Origin: Bellilinea caldifistulae
Lineage (GTDB): Bacteria > Chloroflexota > Anaerolineae > Anaerolineales > Anaerolineaceae
Assembly (NCBI RefSeq): GCF_001306055.1
Contig: NZ_LGHJ01000023.1
Location: 1-32,000 of the forward strand
Direction: 5' to 3'
DNA: 32,000 nt
In this document: positions 28,601 through 32,000 of the stretch, one piece after another
Layout: each line of letters begins with the position of its first letter
Numbering within the stretch: the stretch's first letter is position 1
The notes under the pieces: model-generated
Told to the model about the DNA's origin: nothing
What the model saw: the letters and a program-made list of their open reading frames with translations, nothing else
Databases searched by the model: none
Program-made: the position numbers and the translations under genes

Positions 28601-29392
28601 ATGCTGGCTATTTATCGTGAAATTGCCAAAATAATTGAGGAAGGGAATGCGGCTGCCGTATGTACGATTATTGAAACCAGCGGATCGGTGCCGCGCCACG
28701 AAGGCAGCAAAATGCTTGTTTTCCCGGATGGATCCTTCATTGGGACAGTGGGGGGCGGAGAGGTGGAAAATCGGGTGATCCAGGAGGCTCTTCAATCCTT
28801 GAAGGATGGAAAAATACGCAACCTCCGCTACAATATGGTTGATCCAGAACAAGGCGATCCGGGAGTTTGCGGTGGGACGCTGGAGGTGTACGTGGAACCA
28901 ATCTTACCCAAGCCCACTCTGGTTGTAATCGGCGGTGGACATGTCGGCAGGGCGGTTGTACATCTTGCCAAGTGGCTGGGATTCACGGTGGCTGTGAGTG
29001 ATGACCGTCCGGAGTTCTGTACCCCGGAAGCGAACCCCGGAGCGGATTTATTTTTCCCGGTGAAAATGGCGGAATTACCTCAGCACTTAAAAATCACTCC
29101 CTATACCTATCTGGTGTTGACGACCCGCGGTAGTAACATTGATGTGGAGGGTTTGGAACCACTGCTTCATACCGAGGCAGCCTACATTGGTGTGATCGGT
29201 TCAAAACGACGTTGGCTGGTAACCCGTAAAGCTTTGCTTGAAAAAGGAGTTTCTGAGGAATTACTCAATCGCGTCCATTCACCAATGGGCTTAGAATTAA
29301 ATGCAGAGACTCCGGAGGAAATTGCGGTCAGCATCATGGCAGAAATTATCATGCTACGGAACGGCGGAAGTGGAGAGAGGATGCGGATTTAG
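28601..29392 (+). CDS. xdhC: XdhC/CoxI family molybdenum-cofactor insertion accessory protein
   Basis: 263 aa with the N-terminal XdhC_CoxI block (TIIETSGSVPRHEGSKMLV) and the C-terminal Rossmann-like VVIGGGHVGRAV. Confidence 0.88.
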   Translation: MLAIYREIAKIIEEGNAAAVCTIIETSGSVPRHEGSKMLVFPDGSFIGTVGGGEVENRVIQEALQSLKDGKIRNLRYNMVDPEQGDPGVCGGTLEVYVEPILPKPTLVVIGGGHVGRAVVHLAKWLGFTVAVSDDRPEFCTPEANPGADLFFPVKMAELPQHLKITPYTYLVLTTRGSNIDVEGLEPLLHTEAAYIGVIGSKRRWLVTRKALLEKGVSEELLNRVHSPMGLELNAETPEEIAVSIMAEIIMLRNGGSGERMRI

Positions 29393-29402
29393 GAGGGCGT
29401 CC

Positions 29403-30842
29403 ATGTGGAAGAACGTTTTCAGTGCAGTATCAATTGAAGAAGTTTTAAACCTCCTCGCAGAAAAAAAGGAGAAAGCGCGGATCATTGCCGGAGCAACCGA
29501 TTTGATTTTAGAGATAGAACGGGGGGTGCGCCATGGCATTGAAACGCTGGTGGATGTTTCACGCATCCCTAATCAGGATCAAATTATTCTGGATGAAGAT
29601 GGGTGGATTCATCTTGGCCCATTAGTGACCCACAATCATTGTGTTGCTTCAAAAATGATTGTGGATCTGGCATTCCCGCTTGCACAGGCAGCCTGGGAAG
29701 TCGGTTCTCCACAAATTCGCAACCGCGGAACGATTGCCGGCAATTTGATCACTGCTTCTCCGGCTAATGACACGATTACTCCCTTGATGGCTTTGGGGGC
29801 GCGTATTACCCTCCAATCCTTGAAGGGAACTCGTACACTTCCGCTGGAAAAATTTTATCAGGGGGTTCGACGGGTGGATTTGCAGCCCGACGAGATGTTG
29901 GTGGATATTGCTTTCCCTGCCCTCAAGCCTGATGAACGGGGGATGTTTATTAAGTATGCTCTTCGCCGGGCGCAAGCGATTTCTCTGGTGAATGTTGCCG
30001 TGATTTTGACTTTTGACGGAGAGCGAGTTTCAAAAGCCAGTATCACTTTGGGGGCAGTGGCTCCTACCATTATTCACGCGCCAGAGGCGGAAGAATATTT
30101 AGTTGGTAAATCCCTCTCACCGGAAGTGATTCAACAGGCTGGGCAATTAACCATGAAAGCCGCCCGGCCTATTTCGGATGTGCGCGGCTCCGCTGAATAC
30201 CGCCGCAGGATAGTAGGGGTGATCACCCGACGATCTTTGACGGCGTTGGCTGCCCACCGAGAAAGGGAAGGGTTTCCACAGCGCCCGGTGTTGTTATGGG
30301 GAAGCGAAAATCCTCCACGAGGACATTTGGATCACTCCATTCTCCATGAAGAAGGTGTGCCTATTGAAACAACCATCAATGGTAAACCTTATTCCATTCG
30401 AGGCGGGCATCAGAAATCACTCTTGAGGTTTATCCGCGAGGATGTTGGTCTGATTGGAAGTAAAGAGGGTTGTGCCGAGGGAGAGTGCGGAGCGTGTACC
30501 GTTTTTCTGGATGGTACTGCGGTGATGAGCTGCATGGTGCCCGCTACCCGTGCGCATGGCGCGCAGATCATCACGGTTGAAGGGTTAGCCAGTGACGGAA
30601 CTCTTCATCCGGTTCAAAAGGCCTTTGTCCAGGATGGAGCTGTTCAGTGCGGTTATTGCACTCCGGGTTTCTTGATGTCGGCAGCCAAATTGCTTGAAGA
30701 GCGCCCGACACCTACTCAAGAGGAAATTCGGCAGGCAATGACCGGAAATTTGTGCCGATGTACGGGTTATTATAAAATTATTCAGGCCGTAGAGGATGCT
30801 GCTCAGTTGGCGAATAAGGGAGGAAAAAATCATGCCCAATAA
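29403..30842 (+). CDS. fused FAD-binding / [2Fe-2S] subunit of a second XDH-family hydroxylase
   Basis: I place the start at the ATG at 29403 (MWKNVF...), preceded by AGGAGG. Canonical FAD motifs are IIAGATDLILE, IRNRGTIAGNLITASPANDT and SAEYRR. The 2Fe-2S motifs GCAEGECGACTV, CGYCTPGF and CRCTGY follow. Confidence 0.88.
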   Translation: MWKNVFSAVSIEEVLNLLAEKKEKARIIAGATDLILEIERGVRHGIETLVDVSRIPNQDQIILDEDGWIHLGPLVTHNHCVASKMIVDLAFPLAQAAWEVGSPQIRNRGTIAGNLITASPANDTITPLMALGARITLQSLKGTRTLPLEKFYQGVRRVDLQPDEMLVDIAFPALKPDERGMFIKYALRRAQAISLVNVAVILTFDGERVSKASITLGAVAPTIIHAPEAEEYLVGKSLSPEVIQQAGQLTMKAARPISDVRGSAEYRRRIVGVITRRSLTALAAHREREGFPQRPVLLWGSENPPRGHLDHSILHEEGVPIETTINGKPYSIRGGHQKSLLRFIREDVGLIGSKEGCAEGECGACTVFLDGTAVMSCMVPATRAHGAQIITVEGLASDGTLHPVQKAFVQDGAVQCGYCTPGFLMSAAKLLEERPTPTQEEIRQAMTGNLCRCTGYYKIIQAVEDAAQLANKGGKNHAQ

Positions 30843-31209
30843 ATATGGAAATTTACAAGCCAAGCAACAAGAGATGATGCGCGAATCGCGCAATTATGTC
30901 CACCCGATTTGGCGGGGGGTTGGCTTCATTCTGATCATCCTGACGCCAATTTTGGGGTACTTTGGAACAATTGCCTTGCTGGAAGAGAACGCTCGCCAAA
31001 AATGGTTTGTTATCCCGGTTGATTTGCTTGCTCCGGGAGCCGATCCTCTGTTATTTGTCAAAATAGGGATGACCCTGATTTTGGCATTTCTCTTCTATTT
31101 CTTGTTTCAATTTATCAGCATGGTTTTGTTCAGGTTGTTGGGACCTTCTCGGTATGGTCCGTATGATGTACCCCCTGTCAGTTATCGTGGAAAAAAATAC
31201 CGGCGATGA
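30832..31209 (+). CDS. small predicted 2-TM membrane protein, function unknown
   Basis: 125 aa from the ATG at 30832, with GGGAGG 8 nt upstream. It overlaps the upstream gene by 11 nt. Two hydrophobic segments are present (GFILIILTPILGYFGTIALL; IGMTLILAFLFYFLFQFISMVLF) and the C-terminus is basic. Without it there would be a 389-nt non-coding gap in an otherwise tight array. Confidence 0.55.
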   Translation: MPNKYGNLQAKQQEMMRESRNYVHPIWRGVGFILIILTPILGYFGTIALLEENARQKWFVIPVDLLAPGADPLLFVKIGMTLILAFLFYFLFQFISMVLFRLLGPSRYGPYDVPPVSYRGKKYRR

Positions 31210-31231
31210 AGTGTAAAGTGGAGGTTGAACC

Positions 31232-32000
31232 ATGAGCATAGTCGGCGAGTCTGTTGTCCGGGTTGATGCGATTGGCAAAGTCACCGGAGAAACATTGTAT
31301 CCGGGAGATTTTAATTTACCCAACCAAGCTTACATGAAAATTTTATTTGCCCAGCACCCCCACGCGATCATCAAACGATTGGATACCTCGAAAGCTGAGC
31401 AATATCCGGGTGTGCTGGCTGTATTTACGGCAAAGGATGTTCCCAATAACGAGTACGGTTTAATCATGCCGGATCAACCGGTATTGTGTGGCCCTGGCTC
31501 GACAAAACCTTTTGCCGATCGAGTGAGGTTTATTGGGGATCAGGTTGCGCTGGTGATTGCCGAAACCGAACAAATTGCCGCGGAAGCCTTGAAATTGATT
31601 GAGATTGAGTATGAAGCCTTGCCGGTGATCACCGATCCACGTGAAGCCATGAAGGCAGATGCGATCCTGATGCATCCGGACAAGGGATCCAATGTGTTTG
31701 GACGTTATCGTATTCGTAAGGGAGATGTGGAAAAAGCGTTTCAACAAGCCGATGTGATTGTTGAGGGTTACTATCAAACGCCAGCGCAGGAACACGCTTA
31801 TCTCCAGCCGGAGGCGGGTTTAAGTTTTATAGATGAAGCAGGCAGAGTAACTATTATCGTTGGGGGGCAATGGACGCATGAAGATCAGGAACAAATTGCC
31901 CATGCGCTGGCTTTGCCGCTGGATCAGGTGCGGGTAATTTACCCGGCGATTGGTGGGGCCTTTGGCGGTCGAGAGGATATGTCGGTTCAGGTTGTACTGG
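31232..32000 (+). CDS. molybdopterin-binding large subunit of the second XDH-family hydroxylase (5' partial, continues beyond the window)
   Basis: This ORF is not in the supplied track because it is open-ended. My own translation from the ATG at 31232 (GGAGG at 31220-31224) gives [26 protein letters not shown]...[12 protein letters not shown]...[10 protein letters not shown]...[11 protein letters not shown]. These are typical Ald_Xan_dh_C and Mo-domain blocks. Confidence 0.88.
   Translation, partial: MSIVGESVVRVDAIGKVTGETLYPGDFNLPNQAYMKILFAQHPHAIIKRLDTSKAEQYPGVLAVFTAKDVPNNEYGLIMPDQPVLCGPGSTKPFADRVRFIGDQVALVIAETEQIAAEALKLIEIEYEALPVITDPREAMKADAILMHPDKGSNVFGRYRIRKGDVEKAFQQADVIVEGYYQTPAQEHAYLQPEAGLSFIDEAGRVTIIVGGQWTHEDQEQIAHALALPLDQVRVIYPAIGGAFGGREDMSVQVVL

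Noticed and set aside
1-32000. CRISPR arrays, insertion sequences, rRNA genes and long tandem repeats.
   Set aside because: Reading all intergenic regions found no spaced direct repeats and no transposase-like or integrase-like ORFs. All intergenic regions except 18926-19253 and 10310-10525 are shorter than 120 nt. A by-eye scan cannot exclude short dispersed repeats inside coding regions.
25538-32000. Selenocysteine (in-frame TGA recoding) in the hydroxylase subunits.
   Set aside because: All ORFs are uninterrupted and full-length relative to family expectations, with no split genes flanking a TGA. Selenium in this enzyme family is a labile cofactor ligand, not selenocysteine.

Overview
This is a compact, gene-dense bacterial chromosomal window of about 50% GC. 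The gene content looks Chloroflexota/Anaerolineae-like, but that is a low-confidence guess from protein flavour only. Positions 1-18925 are mostly housekeeping genes on the minus strand. One tight array runs tRNA-Arg(TCT), tpx, hsp20, lon, a CheY-like receiver, and a PHP/AlbA_2 fusion protein. It is followed by two unknown proteins, a LysM/M23 peptidase, DUF192, and a divergent response-regulator pair. A second array is comEA-yqeY-pgpH(7TM-HD)-ybeY-dgkA-nfo-like, then yjbQ, DUF1385 and an M20 dipeptidase. From 19254 to the window end there are 12 consecutive plus-strand genes with spacings between an 11-nt overlap and a 52-nt gap. A roughly 330-nt leader precedes them and contains a clear terminator-like hairpin. 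The array encodes SsnA (the amidohydrolase associated with selenium-linked molybdenum hydroxylases), then an F420 module (npdG/Fno, cofE, cofD, cofC, and an LLM-class F420-type oxidoreductase). After that come two different xanthine-dehydrogenase-family molybdenum hydroxylases plus XdhC. The first is YgfM-like FAD plus a fused 2Fe-2S/Mo subunit. The second is a fused FAD/2Fe-2S subunit, a small 2-TM protein, and a Mo subunit truncated by the window edge. The most interesting candidate is the F420 module sitting exactly where E. coli has ssnA-ygfM-xdhD contiguous, with no YgfK-like subunit in the window. This suggests an undescribed link between F420 and a molybdenum hydroxylase. I saw no CRISPR arrays, transposases, integrases or rRNA genes. 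All functional calls rest on motif recognition by eye in the supplied translations. No database search was run.
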